In this document: positions 35,856-45,725 of the stretch, piece by piece
How the letters are laid out: the number at the start of each line of letters is the position of its first letter
Numbering within the stretch: the stretch's first letter is position 1
DNA from: a virus
DNA: 64,000 nucleotides
IMG/VR virus record: IMGVR_UViG_3300035670_000099
Location: 1 to 64,000 of that record
Strand: one strand, 5' to 3'
Notes under the pieces: generated by a model
What the model was told of the DNA's origin: nothing
The model's database searches: none
Seen by the model: the letters and a program-made list of their open reading frames with translations, nothing else
Position numbers and translations under genes: made by a program

Positions 35856-38506
35856 TAATTTTGCCCTGTAATTACTGAAAGTGTTCCGCTGCCTGTGTTA
35901 ACAATATGCAATGGATTTGTTGCGGTAGGAGTTGCTATATTAAAATTTGATGTTCCTACGTTTGCTTGCCAGCTAATTTGTTCAGTTGTTTTACTAAGCA
36001 ATTCTCCCAAATGCTTTAAGAAAAATAATATTAAATCCTGTGACTCTATTTGATTAGTAAAACTATCATAACTTGTTGCAAAAAATTCTCTATATTCTTG
36101 GAATGCGTGAGTCAAATCTATTTGTTTAGCACCACCTCCTATAACTATATTTGATACTATATCTCCTACTGGCTGAAAACCGTCTTTGCTTACTAGAGCA
36201 GTTATACCAGCAGCTAATAGATTGCCTTTTAGGAATGAATTAGCTGATGTTAAATCAATAAAAGTTCCACCTGAATTTAATTCTAGGACAACTTGAGTAG
36301 AATTATATAATAACGAATTTAAGTTTGGATCTACAACTATACCTATACTAGGAGCATTAGTTAATATTGTGTTTACAGTACTTGCGTAATTGCGTTTACT
36401 TATTACATTTGAGTTAGTTGTGCTTGCTACATACACAATATCTACACTGTCTACAGCGACAATAATGTCTGGATTTGACAGACTATGGCTAAAACTAAAC
36501 TCACTACTATTTGTGTATTGGCTACCACTAAATCTTGTTAGACAAGAAACACTCCCAGATGACAAGGAAATAAATAGTTTAAGTTGGCTGTATGCTATTC
36601 CTAGAACAGAAGAAGCATTGTTAAAAGACGACTCTAAATCAGGAGCTGTTGTAGTCGTAGCAGAATAGATATTAACATTATTTTGCAGTGCAACAAAAAA
36701 TCTATTATCAGCAGCTAATACTTGGGCAGTCAGAGGAACAGTCAATCCAGTAACACTATAAATTAGTGATGGAGATAAAAATCCTCTTGGGTTAATTGTG
36801 TCATCCGTGATGTTCCATACGGTAAAACCTGAGGAATTAGTAATTATTAACCTATCTTGCAGAACACTGTTGACAGTGACAGAAGAAAAAGCCAAATCTA
36901 TTGCATTAGAACTGTTGGTGAGAAAGCTATCAATAATATCTCCAGTGCTTCCATTGATTGCTAAAATAGCATTACTTATGGTAGTTGCTACGTACAAAAT
37001 ATCGTATTTTTGTACATATAATATATTCCTAGCGTTGCAATCTACTGTTTTAATTAAAGTTTGTAATGTAGTTGAGATAAATGATATTTTGCCTGATAGT
37101 GAATCAACAACATAAAGTAAATTCTGACTATCATATTGTTCTTGTACAGTAGGTTCTAATTTTATAGTAGATGAATTAGATTCATTAAGTCTATATCTTC
37201 TAATTGTTAATTCTGTAGGAACATTAGCTGTAGCTGTTAGATATTTTGGAAAATGTCTAGTGTAGTTTCTTTTTTCATTTAAAGAATCTTTAGTTAATAA
37301 TCCAAATATAAAAGACTCCTTGAAAGGAATTAATTCTTTAAATTGTCCAGCAGCAGAAAACATTTTTATTACTGCTGTACTTGCCCCTACTCTAGTGACT
37401 GACGTTCCGTATTTACTTAACTTACTAACACTTGAAAAACTAACACCTGAAAATGATGGGGTTGTAGAGTGAAAAAAAGTTAAAGGAAGTGCTGACGCGT
37501 TCCTTTCTGGAAATTGATTCAATGTGTCTGAAATGCCTATTTTATGGAACATTGTCCATGTATGTCTTCCCGCTCGTTTATCAGGAATATAAGCATAAAA
37601 CTTAACAGCACTGCCATCATAACTTCCTATTTCAATGGCAAACATTGTTACATAGGAAAAATCTATTACATGTCCAGATACTCCGCTACCATCTAATTTA
37701 TCAACAAATTCATTTCTATAAAAAACTTGATCTATAGTCTTATTGGGAGTTGTAATTCTAGAATCTGTATATCTTCTAACAACTTTAAAATTGTCTCCAG
37801 CGCCAGATCCGCTAATCTCGATAAACCAACCAGTTTCAGATGAATAAATTCCACATCTTGATAAACAGCTTTCGTTTTTATGCTCTCTTTTAAGTCCAAA
37901 AGAAACAAAAACATTGGCTGCTACATCACAGTCAAATACTTGCTTGGTGGCACAAGTAACATACCTTCTGGCGGTGCTGCCAATGTCATACTTAGAATCT
38001 ATAATTAAATCAATTGCAGAATTATCGTAATCTTCATAAGAAATAATCCCTTCATATTCGTCTTGTATTGACTGACTTCCTATACTCCAAACGCCTTTGT
38101 AATAAGGAAATAAATCATTACTGATAGCATTACCAGAAGTGGATGGCAATTCATTTTTCTTAATATCATTTCCGTCTACACTTCCATATTGTATTACCCA
38201 ATCGTTAGGATCTATTCCATAAGAATGCGTGTCAGCAAATACTATTTGACGTTTATCTTCAATTGGATAACCAAAAATCGTTTCTTCAATTGGCTCTGGA
38301 AGTGGGATCGCTCTGTTAATTGTTACAAATGTGCCTTCTGTACTCAATACAGCAGGATAATGTTTTGGAGTGCTTGAAGGCTTAAGTCCTAAATCTTCAC
38401 GAGACTCTCCTAGATCTTCGGGTAAATGTACAAGTTTTGGCCTTTTAAGTCCTGGATCTTCAAGAGACTCTCCTAAATCTTCGGGTAAATATACAAATTC
38501 TGGCAT
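35855..38506 (-). CDS. Large structural protein with beta-propeller (YVTN-like) insertion
   Basis: LLYVVDSLSGKISFIST and ILYVATTISNAILAING blades; paralogous to 38506-40455. Confidence 0.65.
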   Translation of the reverse strand: MPEFVYLPEDLGESLEDPGLKRPKLVHLPEDLGESREDLGLKPSSTPKHYPAVLSTEGTFVTINRAIPLPEPIEETIFGYPIEDKRQIVFADTHSYGIDPNDWVIQYGSVDGNDIKKNELPSTSGNAISNDLFPYYKGVWSIGSQSIQDEYEGIISYEDYDNSAIDLIIDSKYDIGSTARRYVTCATKQVFDCDVAANVFVSFGLKREHKNESCLSRCGIYSSETGWFIEISGSGAGDNFKVVRRYTDSRITTPNKTIDQVFYRNEFVDKLDGSGVSGHVIDFSYVTMFAIEIGSYDGSAVKFYAYIPDKRAGRHTWTMFHKIGISDTLNQFPERNASALPLTFFHSTTPSFSGVSFSSVSKLSKYGTSVTRVGASTAVIKMFSAAGQFKELIPFKESFIFGLLTKDSLNEKRNYTRHFPKYLTATANVPTELTIRRYRLNESNSSTIKLEPTVQEQYDSQNLLYVVDSLSGKISFISTTLQTLIKTVDCNARNILYVQKYDILYVATTISNAILAINGSTGDIIDSFLTNSSNAIDLAFSSVTVNSVLQDRLIITNSSGFTVWNITDDTINPRGFLSPSLIYSVTGLTVPLTAQVLAADNRFFVALQNNVNIYSATTTTAPDLESSFNNASSVLGIAYSQLKLFISLSSGSVSCLTRFSGSQYTNSSEFSFSHSLSNPDIIVAVDSVDIVYVASTTNSNVISKRNYASTVNTILTNAPSIGIVVDPNLNSLLYNSTQVVLELNSGGTFIDLTSANSFLKGNLLAAGITALVSKDGFQPVGDIVSNIVIGGGAKQIDLTHAFQEYREFFATSYDSFTNQIESQDLILFFLKHLGELLSKTTEQISWQANVGTSNFNIATPTATNPLHIVNTGSGTLSVITGQN
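38382..38506 (-). repeat. 63-bp (21 aa) N-terminal tandem duplication
   Basis: PEFVYLPEDLGESLEDPGLKR / PKLVHLPEDLGESREDLGLKP. Confidence 0.85.
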
Positions 38507-40455
38507 TATTGTACTCCATAAACAAGACTACAAGAGACTATTGCATCTGCATCTGCTGATGATACCAAACTTCTTGCTATAACCATTAACGTGTCTCCAG
38601 CATTGTTAGGTGTAACATTCTCAGCGCGTCCTAATAACTCTCTTTGAGGATCGAAAATTTCTCTTAAATCAAATTCAACACCTTGGTTATTGCCGCAGTA
38701 AAAAGCTCCTATTAATTTTTCTTGTCCAGTTATGCTGGTTGGATATCCGTTAGATACATTAATTGTTGTAGTAGTAAACTGTCCTTGACTAGCGCTTGCT
38801 ACGGCAACTGGATCTAAATCACTATTTAATGTTTGGGCATACCATGTTGGGGTAGTATTAAAGTAACTACTTGCAGCTAGCGCGTGAGAGCCTTTAACTA
38901 AATAAAATTCTGTGTTTTGTGTTGAACTGACATACAATTTAATAGGATACGCTCTTGATTTTTGTGGACGTTGTGCATCAGCCCCAGCAATAGTACTGTT
39001 ATACACAAATGGCTTTAGAGCTATTGCCAACATTGGGGTGTACTTGTCATTTACCACTGTAATACCAGTTGCAGATGCTGATTCAATAGTTGCAGGACGT
39101 GGATCTCCTCCATCAATCCAAACAGATACTCCAAATCTGTCTAAAAATACGCTGTCGTTAATAGTAGCAGTTGTTGCATTTGCTTTTTTACCAATTCTGT
39201 ATGTAATTGGCATATCTGGATTAGACATACTCGGAGTGGGTAAAGTGTCTCCAATCCTAATTTCATGTCCTGTTACCCACCTTGTAGCACCATTGTACGG
39301 AGGATTTTGATCTGGAATATACATCAATCCTCTACCACCAGCTCCACCATACCAGCTTCTTTGTATAAGAAACATACAAAGATTTGAACGCTCATTAGCA
39401 AATATTGTTGTACTTGCGGTAATATTGCTTGTTAAATCTCGCGATAGAGTAAATTGTGTTCCACTAGGATTAATAGCGGTAATATATGTATTGGGTTGAA
39501 TACCACTTCCGCGAATAGTCATTCCTACTTTTAAAGGAATCTCATTAAGTACTGTTATAGTGTTTAGATTAACGTTACCACTAGCATTATTAAATTCATA
39601 GCTATCTGAAATAAAAGATACTTGTCTTGCAGATTTTCCTCTTGTGCCATCAGCTGCTGGTGTTCCATCAGCGTCTTTACCAGTATATCTATCTCTGTTA
39701 AAACTAACAGATCTACTTGTATCTAAAGTCGTAAAAGCTATTTCTTCCCATGTATTTGTATTTATATAAGATGTGTCTGCACCATCAGTGTCAACTAAAT
39801 AAGCAGGACGGTACATTGTTGTTTGATTAACAAGTCTTCCTAAGTTAGCAGTATTTTCATACACGTCTCCTTGTACTACGCCTGTAGGAGTATTTTCCGG
39901 CATTGCTGAAGTACGCCTAAAGAATAGTAAATAATTATGCCAAGGGGTGTAACTTCCAGCAGAAGTTCCTTTTCTAGTTAATACTCTCCATCCGTATCCA
40001 TCGCTTTTAGTGAATTCTCCCCATTCAATTACACAATTCTCTATTACAGGCCCAATGCTACACTGGACAGCTTGCGATATGGAGATTTGTTTGCCAGGCT
40101 GGTATTTGTAAGCAAATTTGCTTTGATGAGTGGAAATTGAAGTATCTCCACCTCCCCCAACTTTTATATTTACACAACTTCTGGATGGCAAATACGTTAC
40201 ACTACCTCCTGGATTGTTCCCCCACACAGAAGAATCAATGCCATAGTTAGGTAGTTCTTGTAATAAAAATTGTCTTTGTTCTGTAATAGGAAAACCAAAC
40301 ATTGATGCTTTTACATCACTAGGTATTGCAGCAGCATCCAATACATTTAACGCTGGTTGATCTGATGCTAATACAACAGATATTGACTCTGATGCTTGTT
40401 TTCTTCCTGGTGTGATAGGAATACTTCTAGAAACTATAACTCTATCATCGCTCAT
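38506..40455 (-). CDS. Large structural protein (lectin-like fold suspected)
   Basis: SISVVLASDQ leader, YKYQPGK, WGEF...DGYGW, SWYGGAG and PSMSNPDMPI motifs of phage virion proteins. Confidence 0.65.
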   Translation of the reverse strand: MSDDRVIVSRSIPITPGRKQASESISVVLASDQPALNVLDAAAIPSDVKASMFGFPITEQRQFLLQELPNYGIDSSVWGNNPGGSVTYLPSRSCVNIKVGGGGDTSISTHQSKFAYKYQPGKQISISQAVQCSIGPVIENCVIEWGEFTKSDGYGWRVLTRKGTSAGSYTPWHNYLLFFRRTSAMPENTPTGVVQGDVYENTANLGRLVNQTTMYRPAYLVDTDGADTSYINTNTWEEIAFTTLDTSRSVSFNRDRYTGKDADGTPAADGTRGKSARQVSFISDSYEFNNASGNVNLNTITVLNEIPLKVGMTIRGSGIQPNTYITAINPSGTQFTLSRDLTSNITASTTIFANERSNLCMFLIQRSWYGGAGGRGLMYIPDQNPPYNGATRWVTGHEIRIGDTLPTPSMSNPDMPITYRIGKKANATTATINDSVFLDRFGVSVWIDGGDPRPATIESASATGITVVNDKYTPMLAIALKPFVYNSTIAGADAQRPQKSRAYPIKLYVSSTQNTEFYLVKGSHALAASSYFNTTPTWYAQTLNSDLDPVAVASASQGQFTTTTINVSNGYPTSITGQEKLIGAFYCGNNQGVEFDLREIFDPQRELLGRAENVTPNNAGDTLMVIARSLVSSADADAIVSCSLVYGVQ

Positions 40456-41579
40456 TGTAAATCACTCCAACTATCTGTAAATGTACAATTCCCTTCCATA
40501 ACTCTAACAGTGTCTCCGTTATTCAATCTAACTAATATTTCATATCCATATTCTCCATCCATATCGTAAAATTCAGCGCTGTTTACGTATAATTCTAAAC
40601 TAATTGTGTTGAATGGTATTACTCCAACCATGAATTTGGAATAAGGAGGGATGATAACATTACCTTCGGGTGCCAAAAGTTTTACTGTTGGTGTGGTTAA
40701 TGCAGTAGGAGGGATTCCTACAAAATTTTCCTTGAAAGCTACTGCTCCTACATATTTCCATTCTTTATCAACATTAGAATAAGATTGAACATACAATCTT
40801 GTATTTGCAGTCATTGCGGGTAAACCTAAATACCAGCCTTGGATGCTTACATCTACTCCTGTTGTATTAGTTGAGTCAATCGCTATATCCGCACTTCCGT
40901 TATTTAAGTAACCAACAGTATTTGTAACATAACAGTTGTAGCCATTAAGAGTGCCAGCGACAACTGTTTCTCTAATTTCAATACTTGTTTGTCCAGCATT
41001 TACAGTGTTTGCTACTGTAACTCCTGTTACTAATGTACCACTTGTAAAAGCAAGTATACTGCCAGCGGGGATTTGTTGAGTTACGCCTGTTACAGTTAAC
41101 GCATTTTGTGTGTTGCTAGTTATATTTACGGTAAAATTGCTTGCTATGTTAGCATGAAACGCAGCCACTGATGCAGAACGATTGAATATTCTAGCTTCAC
41201 TAACTGTTTTAGTTGCATTAGAACTTAAAACAAGAGTAGAGTCAGTGACAGCATCTACTTTAGCAATTGCAACAGCGCCTTCAACAATTACTTTATCCCC
41301 AACTCTAACAGGCAGTAAAGACAATATTTTACTTTTGTCAGCTGTAGCAGGATATGCTTTAATTTGTACATTTGGGGTGTTAATTGTAGTAGATGCAGTA
41401 AATCGTTTAACTAAACTAAATCCCGGAGATTTACGTCGAACTTCTCCAAATACCAAAGCATTTGCAAAGTTCATGCCATAACTACCTGTTACAGTTAAAT
41501 TAAATCTAGCTGTCTCACCTTTTTTAAGTAATAAATCTAATTTTTGTGTATTAAACTGAGGTTTAAATGGTTCAGTCAT
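40452..41579 (-). CDS. Structural (baseplate/tail appendage) protein
   Basis: DLLLKKGET.RF N-terminus and YEIL...GDT.RVMEG C-terminus, beta-rich. Confidence 0.6.
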   Translation of the reverse strand: MTEPFKPQFNTQKLDLLLKKGETARFNLTVTGSYGMNFANALVFGEVRRKSPGFSLVKRFTASTTINTPNVQIKAYPATADKSKILSLLPVRVGDKVIVEGAVAIAKVDAVTDSTLVLSSNATKTVSEARIFNRSASVAAFHANIASNFTVNITSNTQNALTVTGVTQQIPAGSILAFTSGTLVTGVTVANTVNAGQTSIEIRETVVAGTLNGYNCYVTNTVGYLNNGSADIAIDSTNTTGVDVSIQGWYLGLPAMTANTRLYVQSYSNVDKEWKYVGAVAFKENFVGIPPTALTTPTVKLLAPEGNVIIPPYSKFMVGVIPFNTISLELYVNSAEFYDMDGEYGYEILVRLNNGDTVRVMEGNCTFTDSWSDLQ

Positions 41580-41778
41580 AATCTAATTCCAATAAATAAG
41601 ACGGACTAATTTCCAATACTTTAGCTATCTTTTTAATTAAGCAAGCACGTTTAATTCCATTACTTTCCGCCCTAACGAGAGTCATGCGGCTAACTCCAAT
41701 ACAATTTGCTAGTTGTTGGCAACTAAAACCTTTCTCAATTCTACATTTTTTTAAATAGCTTCCCTGCCTTTTGGACAT
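41572..41778 (-). CDS. XRE/Cro-family HTH regulator
   Basis: LKKCRIEKGFSCQQLANCIGVSRMTLVRAE...KIAKVLEISPSYL. Confidence 0.85.
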   Translation of the reverse strand: MSKRQGSYLKKCRIEKGFSCQQLANCIGVSRMTLVRAESNGIKRACLIKKIAKVLEISPSYLLELDYD

Positions 41779-41840
41779 AATTTAATACCATAAAAGATAC
41801 AGCTACAATAATTATTGCCATTATAATTAGCGAGAATAGT

Positions 41841-41869
41841 TTAAGCTAAAAACAAGTGTTTTAGCTTAA
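41841..41869. promoter_or_regulatory. 11-bp perfect inverted repeat directly upstream of the capsid ATG
   Basis: TTAAGCTAAAA-acaagtg-TTTTAGCTTAA. Confidence 0.6.
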
Positions 41870-41873
41870 TTGT

Positions 41874-43622
41874 ATGTCACGGAAATTTATAAAAGAATTA
41901 TCAGAACAGCAAGTCATAGATTCAATTAATCAAGCAAAAAGAGAAAAAATGTCAGACAAACCAAAAGGATTTGCTATTGCCAACTCCGTCAAGATTCAAG
42001 ACAGCGTATCAGTAGAATCTACTACAGATGTTTCAGCTCCTGCACCTACTCCTGCTCCTGAGCATGATGCGCCGAAGCCTTTATCTTTGGACGATGTTGA
42101 ACGTGTTTTATCTGTTCATTTAGATAAAATGCAATCTTCTTTAGAAGCGGAAAAACAAGCTAAAGCAGAATTGGAAGCTGCTTTACAAAAAGAACGTGCT
42201 GAAAAGGACGCTCTTAAATCTCAATTAGATACAGCGAGATTAGCTGAAAAAGTATTAAATGATATTGGTAGAATGCAAGGAAAAACTGAAAGCGTTTTTG
42301 TTCCTAATGTTAATAGAGTAATAACATCTAAAGCAGATGCGCCACAAGGTGCTTTAAAAGATTGGTTTAACATTTTTGATGACTGCTCCAAAGTCATCAA
42401 AGTACGCGCCAATGGCTCTCAGTATGTTACTCAAGACAACAGGCAGTTGAATCAATTTGTTAAAGAAAACAAAGCAGCTGTTATTAAAGACTTAGAGTCT
42501 TGGGCAAAAGCCAATGGTATGTTGCGTGGTTCTTCTACCATTTCCAAAGATGCTGCAACAGTTGGTGGAGACATCCAAGGCGGCTTTTTGTCTGTTTTGT
42601 CATCAATTATGCGTACTAACAATCGTCAAGGATTTATCTTTTGGCAATTTGCTAATACTGTAATTGATTTTGGCAAAGGATTGGGGGACAACATTAAGAT
42701 TCCTAGAGCGGCTTATTTACCCGCTCCTAACGCTCCTGAAGACAGATTATTGTCAAGTGCTGGTGCGTATACTCGTATTGACTCTGGTAATCAAAATTTG
42801 TCCACTGGAGTTGTAACAGCTCAGTTAAGTGAATGGGGTTTAGGACGTAATTCCCAATATCCTCCTGTTACTTTAGTTAGCTTTGTGACTGCCTATTCAA
42901 TGATTGAACTATTGTCAATTTTGAATAGAAACTTAATGCGAGATTACTACGCATGGGAAGATTTGCAGATTAGAAGCTTGTGGACTGGCACAACTCGTGT
43001 TGTTTATAATGACAAGAACGCTGTTACTACTTCTATTGGTGATGTTGCTACTGCTGGAGATGATGGAACTTTATCTCGCAAATTCTTAGCGTCTCTGTAT
43101 GGTTACATGAAAGAACTACAGATTCCTCCATTTGCTGGTAACAAGTATGGCTTGGTAGTTAACAGCACAGCTTTAACTCAATTGAAGATTAGCTATGACA
43201 CTTTGTGGCATGCTGCTACTCCTAGTGAATTGCAAGCTTTGACAGAGTTCTTGAATCCTGTTCTAATCTCTCCTGGCGAGACAGATAAACTAACTGGATA
43301 TTGTGGAGATTTTGAGAACTTCATGATTTTCGAGACTAATGCTTATGGTGTTGGTGGTAGCGGCGCTCCTGGTGTTCAAACAGAAAGCAGCAAAGTCACT
43401 CACACTAGCTTTGCTTTTGGTGCTGACACAATCGGACGTGGCATCGGCACTGAAATGGAAGTTCGCTTTGATGATGACACTGATTTTGGACGTGCTACTA
43501 GAACTATCTGGCGCTCTGAAGAAGGATTTGTCCAGATGGATGTTGATGGTGCAGGAGACAGTAGTGCTGTTCCACAACAACTTAGAGTTATCAAAGTTAA
43601 CACACTCAAAACTGCAATTTAA
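41874..43622 (+). CDS. Major capsid protein with N-terminal scaffold-like coiled coil
   Basis: Coiled coil (LEAEKQAKAELEAALQKERAEK), FWQFA...GKGLGDNIKIPR and HK97-like C-terminal pattern; followed by neck genes. Confidence 0.75.
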   Translation: MSRKFIKELSEQQVIDSINQAKREKMSDKPKGFAIANSVKIQDSVSVESTTDVSAPAPTPAPEHDAPKPLSLDDVERVLSVHLDKMQSSLEAEKQAKAELEAALQKERAEKDALKSQLDTARLAEKVLNDIGRMQGKTESVFVPNVNRVITSKADAPQGALKDWFNIFDDCSKVIKVRANGSQYVTQDNRQLNQFVKENKAAVIKDLESWAKANGMLRGSSTISKDAATVGGDIQGGFLSVLSSIMRTNNRQGFIFWQFANTVIDFGKGLGDNIKIPRAAYLPAPNAPEDRLLSSAGAYTRIDSGNQNLSTGVVTAQLSEWGLGRNSQYPPVTLVSFVTAYSMIELLSILNRNLMRDYYAWEDLQIRSLWTGTTRVVYNDKNAVTTSIGDVATAGDDGTLSRKFLASLYGYMKELQIPPFAGNKYGLVVNSTALTQLKISYDTLWHAATPSELQALTEFLNPVLISPGETDKLTGYCGDFENFMIFETNAYGVGGSGAPGVQTESSKVTHTSFAFGADTIGRGIGTEMEVRFDDDTDFGRATRTIWRSEEGFVQMDVDGAGDSSAVPQQLRVIKVNTLKTAI

Positions 43623-43636
43623 TATTGATATTTCCT

Positions 43637-43864
43637 ATGACAGAACAAGATGAGAAGGAAATAATTCAAGAAGCCAAAGAGGTAAAGGAGCCAAGGAAAA
43701 AAACATCTACGGCTCCTACCCCAGCTTTTCAGCATCCTGGCTTTGACTCACAATTCAAATGTTTGTTGTGTGGGCAATTTAGAACTAACTTGGTTGGTAC
43801 AATATTTTGCCCAGAGTATTTAAAAGAATGTCCTAGATTTGTGGAGGATAGACGCAATGCCTAA
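43637..43864 (+). CDS. Small Cys-containing head-region protein
   Basis: CLLCG...CP...CP. Confidence 0.6.
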   Translation: MTEQDEKEIIQEAKEVKEPRKKTSTAPTPAFQHPGFDSQFKCLLCGQFRTNLVGTIFCPEYLKECPRFVEDRRNA

Positions 43865-44372
43865 GTTAAATACAATACCAACTAGAGTCCAAGATGACTC
43901 CATTGGTGGAATCGTTAAAGTTATTTATGATTTTGCTGATGTAGGTGGAAAAGTTGGCAATATTCCTTTGGAATTAGAGTTACCAGTTGGAACTATAATT
44001 TATGGTGGCTTTATAGATGTTGTGACTGCTATAGCAGGCGGCGCTAATGCTACGTTTGGATTAAGTTTTATCGATAACGCAAAATATGCAGTGGGTTCAT
44101 CAGCAACGCCACAAGTTCTTTATGGTGCTACAAACGCAACAATTGCAACAGGAGTTACAAGATTGTTTAGTACTGGAACTAGTGCTGTAACTTCTGTTCC
44201 TTCAGGAACAACCAGCATTACTTTAACTACTAACACATTCCAATCTCCAGCTCTTAAATTAACAACTGGAGGAACTGGTGGAACAAAATGCGTACTTAAT
44301 GCAGTAGTAGCTACTGCTGATTTAACTGCTGGCAAAGCTAATATTTATCTGCAATACTTCGGGGTTGCTTAA
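43857..44372 (+). CDS. Putative capsid decoration/cement protein
   Basis: YDFA..GG..G...L..ELP.G.II..G.IDVVTA...ADLTAGK..I.LQY pattern. Confidence 0.55.
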   Translation: MPKLNTIPTRVQDDSIGGIVKVIYDFADVGGKVGNIPLELELPVGTIIYGGFIDVVTAIAGGANATFGLSFIDNAKYAVGSSATPQVLYGATNATIATGVTRLFSTGTSAVTSVPSGTTSITLTTNTFQSPALKLTTGGTGGTKCVLNAVVATADLTAGKANIYLQYFGVA

Positions 44373-44373
44373 T

Positions 44374-45087
44374 ATGCCGTGGCTCTCTAATCAAGACTGT
44401 ATTAGTTATGCTCCCAGCATTACTTTGACTGGAGAGCCATTGACTACTGCAATAACTTTAGCTCAAAGTTTAGTGGAAGGAGTTAATGGCTCTAATCGTC
44501 CATTAGCTCTAACAGAATTTACTAAAATTTTGTCTATACCAAATACTGGAAGAGTGATTGTGCCAATACGTCCACTACTTCCTTCTCCTGCTCCTGTAAT
44601 AGAATTAAGAGGGAGTGATACTCCGCCTCGCTTTGGTGTTTATTCTTTACAAGAATGGGAATTACTTACTTTAGATAAAGATTATATTATTGATTACGAT
44701 AACAATGAAGTTGGCTTATTGTCTCTTAGTCGAGTGTTAAGACATGAGTATTTTTATCATACTGGATTTAGAAGATATAGTCGCAGTCCAACAGTTCCTA
44801 GATTAAAAAAACAACTTAAAATTACTTATTATTCTGGTTTTAATTTTACAACTAACACAGAGGAAGTTGTAATACTAAAACGTGCTTTAGCTAGTATTGT
44901 GGCTATGAGAATTTCTCCTCAATCACAGGGAGTAAAATCTGTAGATGTTTCTGACGAGAAGTACAAAGTAGAGTATGCATCACAGTCAGATTATCTTGGA
45001 ATAAGTGGCAACAAAACTAGTGGTAGCCCAATAAATGAGTTATTATCAATATTTAGAAAATATCGCCCAAGTGAGTACACGTCATGA
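44374..45087 (+). CDS. Head-tail adaptor protein
   Basis: Position; KITYYSGF and GVKSVDV...KVEY. Confidence 0.6.
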   Translation: MPWLSNQDCISYAPSITLTGEPLTTAITLAQSLVEGVNGSNRPLALTEFTKILSIPNTGRVIVPIRPLLPSPAPVIELRGSDTPPRFGVYSLQEWELLTLDKDYIIDYDNNEVGLLSLSRVLRHEYFYHTGFRRYSRSPTVPRLKKQLKITYYSGFNFTTNTEEVVILKRALASIVAMRISPQSQGVKSVDVSDEKYKVEYASQSDYLGISGNKTSGSPINELLSIFRKYRPSEYTS

Positions 45088-45524
45088 ATATTGAGCAACT
45101 TGTCAGTGGCGCGTTAGAACATTTGCCCGATAATTATTTTAGTACAGTTAATTTAGAGTTAAAATTCAACGTTGGCAGTGGTAGTTTTACAGTAGATCCA
45201 GAGACTGGGAATTATGTTCAATCATCTACTCCTACTACACTATTAGTTTCTGCAACTGAATACAAAGATCCAAAAGTGCTGCAAATGCCTGGCAGCTACA
45301 GTACTAGCTTAATCCAAGTCGAAGGACGGCTGAGTAATCCAAAATTGATGCCAACTACAATCACTGTTCAATCTGTTGGTACAGCTAAACTAACCAACAA
45401 CGATGGTTCTATATTTCAAGGAACTTGGAAGTTCATAGCTATTACACAGAATAGAATAAATGCTTACACAACTAAAAGAGGTACGTTAATACGAGGTACT
45501 ATAACGCTGCCAACAGCAGTCTAA
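45084..45524 (+). CDS. Putative head-closure protein
   Basis: Position, size and beta-rich composition. Confidence 0.5.
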   Translation: MNIEQLVSGALEHLPDNYFSTVNLELKFNVGSGSFTVDPETGNYVQSSTPTTLLVSATEYKDPKVLQMPGSYSTSLIQVEGRLSNPKLMPTTITVQSVGTAKLTNNDGSIFQGTWKFIAITQNRINAYTTKRGTLIRGTITLPTAV

Positions 45525-45543
45525 ATAATTTTTCAGAAAACTA

Positions 45544-45572
45544 TTGACAGCAATAAAATAGGATGCTATATT
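45544..45572 (+). promoter_or_regulatory. Early-type promoter inside the late cluster
   Basis: TTTTTCAGAAAAC..TTGACA-N17-TATATT; upstream part matches cassette D. Confidence 0.75.
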
Positions 45573-45578
45573 AATTTT

Positions 45579-45722
45579 ATTCGATAAGCAATAGGCAAAT
45601 TCTATGGTATTTGATTATGATTATCCCGAACGGGATAAAAAAGACAAACAGTAAGCTCTAACTTACTAACTTGCAATAGCTACACCACAACACAAATGGG
45701 GCCTCCGCAAGGAGGTTTTTTT
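45579..45722 (+). ncRNA. Candidate small RNA (~145 nt) or 16-codon peptide mRNA
   Basis: Bounded by a consensus promoter and the terminator gcctcc-GCAA-ggaggt-T tract; two further hairpins. Confidence 0.5.
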
Positions 45723-45725
45723 ATT

